The notes beneath the pieces were generated by a model, which saw only the letters and a list, made by a program, of their open reading frames with translations, was not told the DNA's origin and made no database searches. From NCBI GenBank assembly GCA_010093605.1, contig MU004194.1, positions 1,092,323 to 1,156,322 of the forward strand: a DNA stretch of 64,000 nt. The letters run 5' to 3'. This DNA is from Lophium mytilinum (taxonomy: Eukaryota). Positions 1-11,240 of the stretch are shown here, one piece after another. The position numbers were made by a program, and so were the translations under genes. The first letter of the stretch is position 1; every line of letters begins with the position of its first letter.

Positions 1-329
1 CAACACCAAAAGCGGTCAAAAGATGGTCATCCTATATGATACGGCAAATACTCTCGGTTCATAGTTATGCGAAGGTATTTCGAGGCCTATTACTGGTGTG
101 AAAAGGGAGATACTGATATGCAAAGGATCTGAAAGATGAGATACAAGAGATCACGTGACGTCTCAACCTCGATATACTTACCCACCACTACTCTGGAACC
201 CCAGCCGGAAGATACGGCGACTAACTCCTCAGCACGTGAGCCTACTTCCCCAAGATATAAAGACCTTATCCCCTCCGAATGGCTCGCAGCGAAACTTCCA
301 GCATCCACCCCAAACTTCCGGCCGGCAAA

Positions 330-1543
330 ATGTCCACACCAGCACCCACAATCTATCAACCCCTTCATTCCTCCCTTCTCCCTAAATTAGACCACGAATA
401 TGTTGCCTTCCACAACGAACATCTCGCACAAATCATTCCCTCTGAGTCGGTGCCATGGGACCCTGCGTCCCGCTTCGTGGCATCCCCTTTGCGATTCGGT
501 GCGCAGGAGAAAGTGCCGGTAGGGAGTACGCGGGATATCGAGAAGGGGGATTGGCAGGCGAGGGTGTTTACGCCTGAAGAAAAAGCAAAAGAAGGGAAGT
601 GGCCGTGTCTTCTCTGGTTTCACGGTGGTGGGTGGGTGCTCGGAGGCTTGGATAGCGAGAATGCGTACTTGACGAGGGTATGCCGAGGTGAGTTCCATAG
701 CTTTCCATCTACCAGAGAGCACTTGGCAGGTTCATTTAGAAGACCGAGACCACATCCAGAACGAAAGTTGACTTGATGATCTCTAGATGTTAGCTGTGTC
801 GTCGTTTCTATCAACTACCGCCACGCGCCCGAACACCCCTATCCCGCCGCCGCCGACGACTCATTAGCAGGACTGCAGTGGATCGTCTCCGAAGAAGGTT
901 CAAAAGAGCTAGATATTGACGTTGCACGAATCGCCGTCGGTGGCCTATCTGCGTACGTTCATCGCATCCAACTTTCCCTTGAAGCCTGCTAACGTCCCAC
1001 AGCGGCGGCGGCCTCGCTGCAACCGTCACCATGCGCGCCGCCTTCGCCTCTCCTCAAATTCCCCTGCTCTTCCAGCTCCTCATCTGCCCCGTACTCGACA
1101 ACACCGCTACCGCTGACTCTCCCGACTCTCGCTGGTACTCTAACCGGCACGCGCCCTTTCTAACCCCAAGCCGCATGCTCAACTACCGAAACCACTACTT
1201 CAAGAATTCTGCCGACTGGGCGAACTTTGACGCCAGTCCCATCCTTGCAAGCCCGGAGCAGCTGGCAGGGAGCCCGAAGACGTGGATTAGCGTAGCGGAG
1301 TGTGACTTGCTGGCTAAAGAGGCGGAAGATTTTGGGGGGTTGTTGAAAGGACAGGGCGTGGAGACGGAGGTAGTGGTTTATGAAGGGTGTACGCATAGTT
1401 TGTTGATGCTTGCAGGGTGAGTGGATTCTTTCGTTTGATAACGTGGGATATTAGTGATGCTAATTGTGAAAAGGGTTATGGAGAAGGGCAGACGACTGGT
1501 CAGCGAGTCTTGTGAGGCGTTGAAGGAGGCGTTGCATTCGTGA
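330..1543 (+). CDS. Alpha/beta-hydrolase, GDXG/HSL-family esterase-lipase (4 exons)
   Basis: HGGGW oxyanion motif, then INYRHAPEHPYP. GLSAGG nucleophile elbow is rebuilt across an intron; catalytic D (ECDLL) and H (GCTH) follow. GT-AG introns at about 688-786, 953-1002 and 1417-1473. Confidence 0.9.
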
Positions 1544-1788
1544 TTAATTTTCATTAGAAGCAACTTAATCATAACCCTCCTAGTCCAACCGCGCCTAAGA
1601 ATACAGAGGAATAATTCAAAGCGCCCTAGTCCAGCCGCCTTTAATATTACAGATGAAGGGTTCAAAGCGCTAACGAAGGACCAAATTCTCGCACCCATTG
1701 TCCTTAACGCCATGGGAGACCGGCCCCAACATCCCACATCTTCACTTTCCACTTTCACCCGCCAGGCTCAAAACCTTGAGGGCCATGC

Positions 1789-2379
1789 TCATTCAAGGGG
1801 AAAATCATACCAATCAGCCGCCCTATTCCTCAGCATCTCCACCTGTTCCCTAAACCTCTCCGTCTTAAAGACAACCACAATCTCATCCGCCTCAATCTCC
1901 GCCAAAACCCCCCTATACCGTCTTCTGAGCAAATCATACTCCTTGGCCATCACCACCAGATCCCCGTTCCACTTCCCCTTGCACAGCCTCCGCAGCTTCG
2001 CCCACGCCTTCGTGTCGACATCTTGATGGGACAGCATGATACATTTCTGCGTTTGCTCCATCACTTTCCATTGGTCGTGCTCGCTGAACGTATGTATCTC
2101 TTGTCGGATGCGGTCGTACAGCGCTGTGCCTACGCGGACGCAGGGTTGGAGGGCCTTCTGCCGGCAAGCCTTAAGAGCGCGCGTATGGTCTGGGAGCTGT
2201 TCGACATGCTGGTCGAGGAACGCTTCGAATGGGGCGGCGTTTGCGGTTGGGGTAGGGAGGCGGATGGCGAGGCACTCTTTAGGGAAGTCGGTCTGAGTTG
2301 TTGCGTCGCAGTAAGTGGCTTTGGGGCTCGGGCGGGGCAAGGTTGTGTTTGATTGATTAGGGAGGGAGTGGATGTCCAT
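1789..2379 (-). CDS. Hypothetical protein (about 196 aa, helical C-terminal half)
   Basis: Uninterrupted ORF from the MDIHSL ATG with plausible composition; no motif recognised. Confidence 0.55.
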   Translation of the reverse strand: MDIHSLPNQSNTTLPRPSPKATYCDATTQTDFPKECLAIRLPTPTANAAPFEAFLDQHVEQLPDHTRALKACRQKALQPCVRVGTALYDRIRQEIHTFSEHDQWKVMEQTQKCIMLSHQDVDTKAWAKLRRLCKGKWNGDLVVMAKEYDLLRRRYRGVLAEIEADEIVVVFKTERFREQVEMLRNRAADWYDFPLE

Positions 2380-2795
2380 ATTTGTGGATTTCTGGCGTTT
2401 TCTGAGTGGTAGTCTTATATGCATTCCCGCACTCATCCTTTTTTCGAGTGCTGAGAGATGTGTTGGGAGGCCGGAGCGAATAAGTATGTTGAAGCGATGG
2501 CAATTGGTTGAGAGATGGGTAGCTGATGATGAAGTCGGGATGTGTCATTTTCACGGCTTGGGTCTTTGAATGTGAACTGGAAGGCGAGGTACAGAATCTA
2601 AAAGGAAAGCGCGGATGCAGGAGCGGCCAATATGGTGCTTTCGACGGCAGGAAATTTTGTCGAGCTTGATATATTGGAATCGTGCTACTATTGCGGAGGC
2701 ACCCTGTAGTTGAAGGTTGGTGATGAAGAGAAAGGCCTGTGCGAAATGAGTGTGATAGGCCACGGTCGCATGGTGTAGGTCCACTCGAGAGCCAC

Positions 2796-2816
2796 AAGGC
2801 CTAAGGCCTAAGGCCT
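2796..2816. repeat. Short tandem repeat (AAGGCCT)x3
   Basis: aaggcct aaggcct aaggcct read directly. Confidence 0.85.
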
Positions 2817-3043
2817 CAGACCAACCAGGTAAAACAATCGGGCACTACGTGGCTTCATGTTTGGAAAAAATCAAGGTAGTAATTGTGGGGTGGTTCCGTG
2901 GTCATCATGATGGTAGGTATTTAGGAACCCTGGGTCTATTTTTGTTAAATTCATAGAAAAACCGAGGGTTGAGACACCAACTTACCACTCTTCGTTATCA
3001 ATTAATGAGCTAGATATCGATGGCGGACATGTTCTCAGCCAAC

Positions 3044-4264
3044 TTATAATCTAGCTCTTCCAATGTCAACTCGCAAGAATGCCTCCAGGCACTCCACCAC
3101 TTCCGGGTCATCATCACGATTCACGACTCTGTCGATCTTGCCGTCATCCCACGCAAAGCCGAACCAGAGCAGTACTCCCAGGTCTCTTGCGAGCGCAACA
3201 CGGCCTTTCCACAGTTCTTGCATCCCCAGATCGATGTCGATGCATGCCGTCAACTCGTTCCAGAACAGATCTCGTAATTCGTCAACGTTCTCGAAGTATA
3301 CAAATGATTGGTTCGATTCTAAGTCTATCCAGCCTAGTAGATATTCCAGCCCGTACAGACACGTCCCAAATGGGAGGTGCTCTGCTTCGGCCCAGTCTAC
3401 AAGACCAGCTAGGGAGCCAGTAGTAGGTTCAACCAGGATATTTGCTGGAACTACATCGCCGTGGTTGACGACTATGGGGAGTGATTCTATAAAGGGCAAC
3501 TGATAGAGAATAGATTGCGCATGCGTTCGGAGTGCAGCGGTTGGCAAGTCGGATACTAGCTGAGCGAGTCTCGATTTGATAGAGGCGCCAACCTTGCCAG
3601 TCATCTGGGTGGATTGCTCAGGAAAGCTGGATGATAAGAGGAAAGACGGCGTTTGGAGGTTTGGGGCAGATGTCGGCCATCCTCGCGCGACAAACTGCGC
3701 AAAGTCTTTGACGAGTCGCGACTGCCTCGCCCATTCGTGAAGACCCAGCGTTCGGGACCTTGGCTGAAGTTTCGAATACGGGGTCCCGGCCAGAAACTCA
3801 ACAGCGTAGACTCGAAGGCCTTCTGGTATAGCCATATGATCTCTGCTTTCCACCGCTTCAATAAGGGGGCATTTGGGGCCGTAAATTCCCTTCGCAGCTC
3901 CTGCAATCTCGATATCTAAAGCATATCTTTCCGGTCGGAACTGGACAATAAAGTTGACGTGTTCTTGACCTCTGCTTTTCGAACATCCAATGTCTTTTCC
4001 AGCATCAATGATGTTACGTCTTTCATCTCTTTCGAGTCCAGGCAACTTATCTTTGCCTTTTTCCGAACGAAGCTCCTTAGACTTTCCTTCTCGTCGACTT
4101 ATTTCTTTAGTACTTACAAGCACTGTGTAACTACAAGCACCTTGCGTACCACAAGGGCTCACTTCGGCTCCCGGCCATCTCTTCCTGACGACCTCGTCAC
4201 ACTCCTCCTTGATCAACTCCGAAAGTATACTTCCTCCAACTGATGAGACGAGCGTCATTTCCAT
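3044..4264 (-). CDS. Aminoglycoside-phosphotransferase (APH/choline kinase)-like protein
   Basis: QGACSYTV N-lobe motif, IVQFR, Brenner motif HGDVVPANILV and VDWAEAE. Start codon uncertain. Confidence 0.85.
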   Translation of the reverse strand: MEMTLVSSVGGSILSELIKEECDEVVRKRWPGAEVSPCGTQGACSYTVLVSTKEISRREGKSKELRSEKGKDKLPGLERDERRNIIDAGKDIGCSKSRGQEHVNFIVQFRPERYALDIEIAGAAKGIYGPKCPLIEAVESRDHMAIPEGLRVYAVEFLAGTPYSKLQPRSRTLGLHEWARQSRLVKDFAQFVARGWPTSAPNLQTPSFLLSSSFPEQSTQMTGKVGASIKSRLAQLVSDLPTAALRTHAQSILYQLPFIESLPIVVNHGDVVPANILVEPTTGSLAGLVDWAEAEHLPFGTCLYGLEYLLGWIDLESNQSFVYFENVDELRDLFWNELTACIDIDLGMQELWKGRVALARDLGVLLWFGFAWDDGKIDRVVNRDDDPEVVECLEAFLRVDIGRARL

Positions 4265-5785
4265 GATCAACTTGTTGAAGCAAGTTCATGACTTCGCAGC
4301 GATGATGTAGTGGCAGTGCCATGATAGCTGCGACTGAGCCGCCGTAGCCTGTGAGCCTGTCTGGATGCCAAGATTGAGGCGCGGTGGTGGAGGGCCTGGA
4401 CATGTGGTTCGCTGGGCGTGCGGGGTGTGCATGATTGCGCGATTGGCACGATTGGGTGTTACGGCTAGAGTGGGGCCAGAAAAAGCAGTATAACGGAAAG
4501 CGCTGAGGGACGTGACTGGCTGAAAATAATGATATTTGATGAGAAAATAGGAGGGAAATTGGGGGATGTGACGTATCTGCAAGAGTTGAAGGGGATACCC
4601 AAGTTTTGTGCAAGCGATAGCTCTAACGGAACGGCTTGAATGGGTTGAAACTCGAGAGAGCTACAGGTAAGAAGATGATGTTTTCCCAAGACAAATCTGG
4701 TGGTTGTTTGCTCCACTCTGCTCATATTAACAGAAACGTACCTTTGCTGCCTTCTCGTCTGACTTCGGGATTCGTACGAGGCATGAGATGGCTTCCTAGC
4801 TGCTAATTTATAAAAGGGCCGAGAAGCTGAAATCCAACAGCCGAACAAAGGCACCGACATTGTGATTGATGTTGCCAGCTGTTACGTGTGTAGGATATCG
4901 ATACTCTTATCTTCATATCGCTCAATAATTTCCCCCGTTTGGCTTCGATTCCCTAGTCTTTATCTCGTCGATATACTGTACAATGGGGGCTGATGGGGCT
5001 ATCACGAGAGGGAGTACCTGGGCATCCTCATCGTGTGCAGGAATGACTTGAGGGCAGCTTCTCTAGAAACGAAGCTTGCCACCTGCCTGCATTCGGAGAT
5101 GGTAGATGATGCAGGTGCTGTCTGAATTTTCTTCGCTTCAACCCGCGCCAAGAATGCGGAGACGCCTGTTCCCGTCTGCCTCAGCAACTCGGTCATCCTC
5201 TTACGTCGCTGCTAGCTGCCAGAGCTAGGCATGCACGGTATCTGGACGACGGTATTTCATATCTGGGCATCCCTACTGTCCCCGAAATATCTCACGCTTT
5301 CGCCGCACGATGCTCGGTGTCTGATTGATGAAACGAAGCCGCCGAGGTTCTCCCAGTCGAATCCCACCCTCTCCTGACGCAAGCGGCACATTTCTCACGG
5401 CCTTACGTACTTCTAGCTCGCTCTAGGGCCCTTCTAGCGCCACCGATCGGTCGACGGACTCCACTGGGACTCAGCGGCTCGGTATCCGCTACAAGCTGCC
5501 GCACCGGGCTGCGGTCAAAGCAGCAGGTGCTTATCACGCCTCCCAGATTCAGAGCAACACACGCCCACAGACGCTCGGGCGCGGGGACACCGCGTGGTGA
5601 GTTGCCGCACCTCTTCCAAGCATGTGGGTTCTCGTATATCTTGACCTGCTGTGGCCTAGCGCCATCTGCGGACAGGACCTTAACTGCTGAATCTTCACGC
5701 GACTCTCAAAGCTCAGTCGCGACTCCTGTCCCTCTTTTTCTACCGTTTCTCCCGTTTTTGTACGTTCTCAGCACTTCTTTGCACC

Positions 5786-7763
5786 ATGAGTCTCCCAGAG
5801 CGCCCCTACGGCGAGGGAGCCGCCCTTGGCGACCAACAAGAGACACGCCGACGCAGTTCAGCCCGGAAATTCAGTCTCACCAAGGGAGATCATGGAAAAG
5901 GTCTTGAAGGAGGCGTGGACAACGCTGCCGACGACCTGCTCGAGGCCATGGGGTACCAGTCCGAGCTGGTACGCAACAGGTCCACGCTGCAGGTTGTCTT
6001 CATGTCCTTTGTGTTGGCCTCAATTCCCTACGGACTAGCAACAACCTTCTTCTATCCGCTTGTGGGCGGCGGCCCGGCCAACATCATCTGGGGCTGGGTG
6101 ACCGTGTCCATCATCATTCTCTGCGTCGCTATTTCCTTAGGAGAGATCACGTCGGTATATCCAACAGCCGGAGGCGTCTATTACCAAACCTTCATGCTTG
6201 CGCCGCCGTCATATCGCAGGATCGCCTCATGGATTTGTGGCTGGTCATTCGTCGTCGGAAACATCACAATTACCCTAGCTGTGAACTTTGGTACCGCACT
6301 CTTCCTCATCTCCTGCATCAACGTCTTTGGCAGCACCATGGAGGCTCCCGATGCTGGCATCTTCCCTGCAGAGACATATCAAGTCTTCCTGGTGTTTCTC
6401 GCCATCACCTTGCTGTGCAACGCCGTCTCCGCCTTCGGCAACAAGTACCTCCCCCTTCTCGACGTACGTACCGGACCCCAGACCCCCTCCCTGTTTCTCT
6501 ACTCACGTGACACTAGACCTTCGCCATCTTTTGGACCTTTGCAGGTGTAATCTCCATCATCGTGTGCATCCTCGCCCTGGCCAAGAACGGCCGCCACAGC
6601 GCCAAATACGTCTTCACCAAATTCGAGCCACAGTCCGGCTGGCCGGCCGGCTGGTCATTCTGCGTCGGCCTCCTGCAAGCAGCCTACGCAACTTCGTCCA
6701 CCGGCATGATCATCTCGTTAGTCCCCAGCGCGATCCACCCCAAGCAGCTTTACTCCATAGCAGCTACATCCCAAGCAACATCTCCCTCGTTCCAGAGCAA
6801 CAGTTCCACAGCAACACACGTGACATTACCTGACGGAACTATTCTTCTAACGAACCCCGTCCCCCTCTCTTTCTCCGAAAGTAAGTGACTGCGGCTAACG
6901 CTGCCCGCAGGATGTGCGAAGAAGTCGAAAAACCCGCGACCCAGGTCCCCAAAGCGATGGTCGCCACCATCATCATCAACACCATCGGCGGGCTCGTCTT
7001 CCTCATCCCAATCGTCTTCGTCCTCCCCGACCTCACCCTTCTCATCGGCCTCGTCTCAGGCCAACCCGTCCCCACCATCTTCAAGTTCGCCGTCGGGTCC
7101 GCCGGCGGCGCCTTCGGCCTCCTCGTTCCCCTTATCGTACTGGCGTTCTTCTGCGGCATCGGCTGCACGACCGCCGCCGCCCGCTGCGTATGGGCCTTCT
7201 CCCGCGACGGCGCCATCCCCGGCAGCAAGTACTGGAAGGAAGTCAACCCGAAGCTGGACGTGCCGTTCAATGCGATGATGCTGAGCATGGTCATACAAAT
7301 CATCCTCGGTATCATCTACTTCGGCTCCACGGCTGCCTTCAACGCCTTCTCCAGCGTCGGCGTCATCTGCCTCACCCTCTCCTACGCCGTCCCCATTGCT
7401 GTCTCGCTCATTGGCGGGCGCACGCACGTCAAGACGGGCGAGTTCTACATGGGGGTTGTCGGTTTGGTCGCGAACGTCGTGGCGATTGGTAAGTCGAGCT
7501 GCTCCACTGTAATTATTTTGGGAACGTGCTAATTTCTTGCGATAGCATGGTCTGCCCTCGCCATTCCCCTCTTCTGTATGCCCTCTTACCTACCCGTTTC
7601 ATCGACGACCATGAACTACGCCTCCGTCGTCTTTTTCGCGTTTTTCGTCATCGCGTCCCTGTGGTACTTCGTCTGGGGCCGCAAGCACTACGCCGGCCCG
7701 CCGGTGCAGGAGGATGCGGTGCTCGAGGAGCGGAGGGCGAGTATCCGGGCAGGGAGCCTGTGA
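5786..7763 (+). CDS. APC-superfamily amino acid permease (GABA/choline, ACT family), 4 exons
   Basis: MGYQSELVRNRS, GGPANIIWGW, LGEITSVYPTAGGVY, CEEVEKPATQVPKAM, AFSRDGAIPGS and MNYASVV motifs, with many TM segments. Introns at about 6464-6517, 6718-6911 and 7489-7545. Confidence 0.92.
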
Positions 7764-8055
7764 AGCTATGAGTTGGTCGCTCAAAGCTAGCGAAATATGG
7801 GATGAGGGATATCTAGTGGAGTAGGGGATTAAGGGGCTGTATATATATAGCATAGGGTGGTTGGACGGTGTTCGACCTGGTGATGGTTTGCTTGATACTC
7901 ATGTATAAAAACCTTATCCTTTTGTGTCTTGATACATATATCCACATAATTCGAACAAACCAAACGCTCAGGATTGAACGGGTATCTCATTCAAGCATTA
8001 TCTCTCACACAGACGGAAAGAAATTCCTCACGTAGGCTGTTAAGCAAACCCTCAC

Positions 8056-10452
8056 CTACTGCCCTTGATTTCCTCTCTTCCCACCCCTCTTCTTCCTCTC
8101 AATATGACCCCTCAACGTCTTTTGTGTCTGCACCAAACTGCGCTTGTTCTTGCTTTTCGCCTTGCCCAGCGTCATGAAGAAATTCTTCTGTCTGGACTTC
8201 TCCTTGTTCGTCGTGCTCTTCCCCTCCGCCCGCTTCTTCTCCTTCCGCATTGCCGTCGTGCTCTGGTGCGTCTGGTCACGATCCCCTTTCGCCATCTCAA
8301 TCTTCTCTTGCTTTGTCGTCTTCTTCCCCAGCAAGCCCGGCGCCTCGATCTCCGCTGCCGTGAGCGGGTCGTCGGCGTGGCGCGCTTCAAGGGCCTGGCG
8401 GCGTTTCGTGGAGGGCATAGACTTCGTAATTGAGGAGGCGAGGCGGAGTTCTTGAAGCTTAGCAAGGTCGGCGGGGGTGAGGATGCGGGTGGTGGCAAGT
8501 TTCGAGATGCGTTTCGCCTCTGCTGCGTCTGGGTTTTCCTTGTCTCCGGTTGTGTCTGGGGTTGCGGAACCAGCATCGATTTTAGCCTTCTTTGCAGCCG
8601 GGGGCTTGTCGTCGTCGCTGTCGCTAATGTTGATGTCCTCGCCGTCGCTCTCGACGTTGATCCAGCCTTCCTCGTCGTCGCTTTCGTCTTCTTCGACTTC
8701 CCAGTTTTTCCAGTTCTCGGCTTCGTCTTCGGAGTCCTCATCGGATGGTGCGTCGGGGGGTAGGCCCATCTCTTCGCGCTTTTTGCGTCGCTCGTCTGCC
8801 TTCCATTGTTCCAGCAGCTCGAGGCCTTCGATCTCGCCTGCTGCTTCTTCGCCATACCTCCTTTCCTTGATTTCGCCCACCTTCATCCCGATAGTGGCGT
8901 CCTTGCCTCGGTCTCTCTTCTTCAACAGTTCGGCGCCAACTTCTCGGTATAGACTCAGTAAACCCTTCGCAGCCATCATGGTTCCCTTGTCCTTGCTCTT
9001 CCGGTACATGACCAGATCTTGCAATAAGGTGTCGTTCATAGCTAGCGGTTGGCGCGCGCATATCTCACGGATAGCGTTCAGGCCAGCTGCGGCAACCTCG
9101 GACGCCGAGGCTTCCGAAACGAATTCGTTCGCAATCTTCTGTACTAATGGTTCCAGGGCATCCGGCGGGACCAGAGAGTGGGTCGCTTGGGCTAGAGAGG
9201 CTAGGAAAGAGGTGACTTTTGGTTGTCGTGGTGTGAGGTATTTAATGAAAAAGGAGTAGAGCGAGATAACTGTAAGCTTATGCAAGCCAACGAGTCGCGA
9301 AACGAGCTGAAGCACTTCGAGCTTCTGGTCCAGATTGAGTTTCGACTTGGTATTTTGAAGGTGTCTTGAGAAGAGCTGCTCAGCAAACCCTTGCGGGTCA
9401 TGAAGGAGGTGGAAGGCCGAGAAATTGAGTGGATGTGGCTGGCTCTTCTTGCGCTCCTTCTTCTTGACCGTCGCGGCAGCTTGCTTCAATTCTTTCTGCT
9501 TCTTCTTGGTCTTTTTGTTTATGCCCACCTGATGTCTCAGCTGGCCCATATCGATGTTCTCTTCGTCGCTGCTCTCGTCGGCAGCCTCTTCTCGCTCTTT
9601 GTCACCGCCTAAGAAGAATCTCACACCGCTGGTGATAACCTTGTCGTTCTCTGCCAAGCTCGCCTCCTTCATGATTTCTACAGCTTTGGAGTCTGTCCAT
9701 ATTTGCCGTTTCCATAGCTCTCGGGTTATCTTGACAGCCCATATGCCTTTCGGCGATGCGCGGTCGGATGTGAGGAGGTTGTAAAGAACGGTTTGAATTG
9801 TGCGGTTAAGGCGGTGATTTGTGGTTTTGGCGTTTGATGAGCGGAGATCGGAGAGAATCTTCTGGAATAGTAGAGCACGGAGACTCTTGCTTGGAGTTGA
9901 CACAAGGATCGGAAAGAGGGTGTTCAAAAGACTAGATGCGCATGTCAGTCAAGAACGCTTCCTCAATTTTAGGATACCATACGTAGCAGAGTCTATGACA
10001 TCCTTATTCTTCAAAAGTACTAAGCTTCCTACAATCTTATCTCGCAACTCAACTTCCAGCTCGGCATGATGCAGCGACAGTATCTGGACCAGATCGTTCG
10101 GAAAGTTCGCCGTGATTACAGGGTAGCAATCCGCGACGTGCGAGACGAAATCTATTAAGTCTCGCAGCGAAACAATGCCATTGTCGTCGGCCGACGCAGG
10201 CGCCTGCATGAACAGCTCTCGGAGGGTTTCATATTGGTTGTATTGGTTTTGGAAGTCGTCTTTGTAAGACCTTGAAATATTTAGCTCCGTGGGTATTGGC
10301 TGGAGGGGGAAAGAACGTACTGTGGGTCGCGGCGGATCTTGTACTGCAAGTTCGGGCTGATTTGTATTAGCAAAGCAGCCTATTCACATTCATGAGAACT
10401 CTTACAGGTCCGCATCCACTTTCTCCAGCGCGCCGACCTTGCGTTTGCCCAT
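8056..10452 (-). CDS. SDA1: SDA1, 60S ribosome biogenesis factor (4 exons)
   Basis: MGKRKVGALEKVDADL..PNLQYKIRRDP N-terminus, HLLHDPQGFAE, ILTPADLAKLQELR and KSTTNKEKSRQKNFFMTLGK. Confidence 0.95.
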
Positions 10453-10489
10453 GATTGCTCGTTGTTTGTGTTTCGAGAGTGGAGTTGGA

Positions 10490-10577
10490 GAAATTTGAGG
10501 TGGGCGCGAAACTTCCGCCGGCAGAACGTGGCGGTGTTCTGAGCGGTGAGACACGTCCCTTTTCGTCTCATCTCATC
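10490..10577. promoter_or_regulatory. RRPE-like (GAAATTT) and tandem PAC-like (GATGAG x2) ribosome-biogenesis motifs
   Basis: gaaattt at 10490-10496 and ctcatctcatc at 10567-10577, directly upstream of the SDA1 ATG. Confidence 0.55.
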
Positions 10578-11240
10578 ACCACTGTTCTTAAAGCCCATCA
10601 CTTTCGTTCAATCTACGGAGTGAAGCATTGACACTCTAGAAAGGCCTCATGCAGGGCAGCTATCACCCCACTGACAACTTTAGAAACAGCTGCTTTGTAC
10701 ACTACTTGCCTTTTCACCCGTCATGTTCTCACCTCTCCGTCCCATCGAGCGGCGCTGCGTCTAGGAGCCTTCAAGGCTCCCATCGGCAAATCAGTTCAAA
10801 GTCCCAAATTTCCTGCTGGTGAGGCTTGTCTATGTGACATACATTGTACTGAAGAAAACGGAGTTTTCTATGCCTACTGGCTGTCTCACTCTACAGTATT
10901 AATCCTCCTGTCCACTGACCTGTAGGCTGGCAAATCTGTTAAAAAGAAAGCAGCCTATTTAGTTGCTCTTGGGCCAAGTATGTCTCTTAGTCAATACTGT
11001 GGATGGACCGAGAATGTACGTCGCTACACCAATTCCGTCAAAAATTGTTTCCATAATGAGAACCACCAATATCTGCGCCACGTGCTTCCAATGTCACCCC
11101 CCGCCGCTCTCCTCAACGAGCCGAGCCCTCATCAAGTTTCTCCTTGTCGCCCGACCTTCCCTTGACGCGTCCACCACTCTTCTTGTCAAAAGTGTCATCG
11201 CGCTTATCGCTTGCCTCGTTCCGTGTTTCCTTTCGTCGTC

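Noticed and set aside
2796..2816. Direct repeats as a CRISPR-like or telomere-like array
   Set aside because: Only three 7-mers with no spacers; a simple slippage repeat.
8477..9259. 260-aa Ser-rich antisense ORF in SDA1
   Set aside because: It mirrors the acidic Asp/Glu codons of SDA1.
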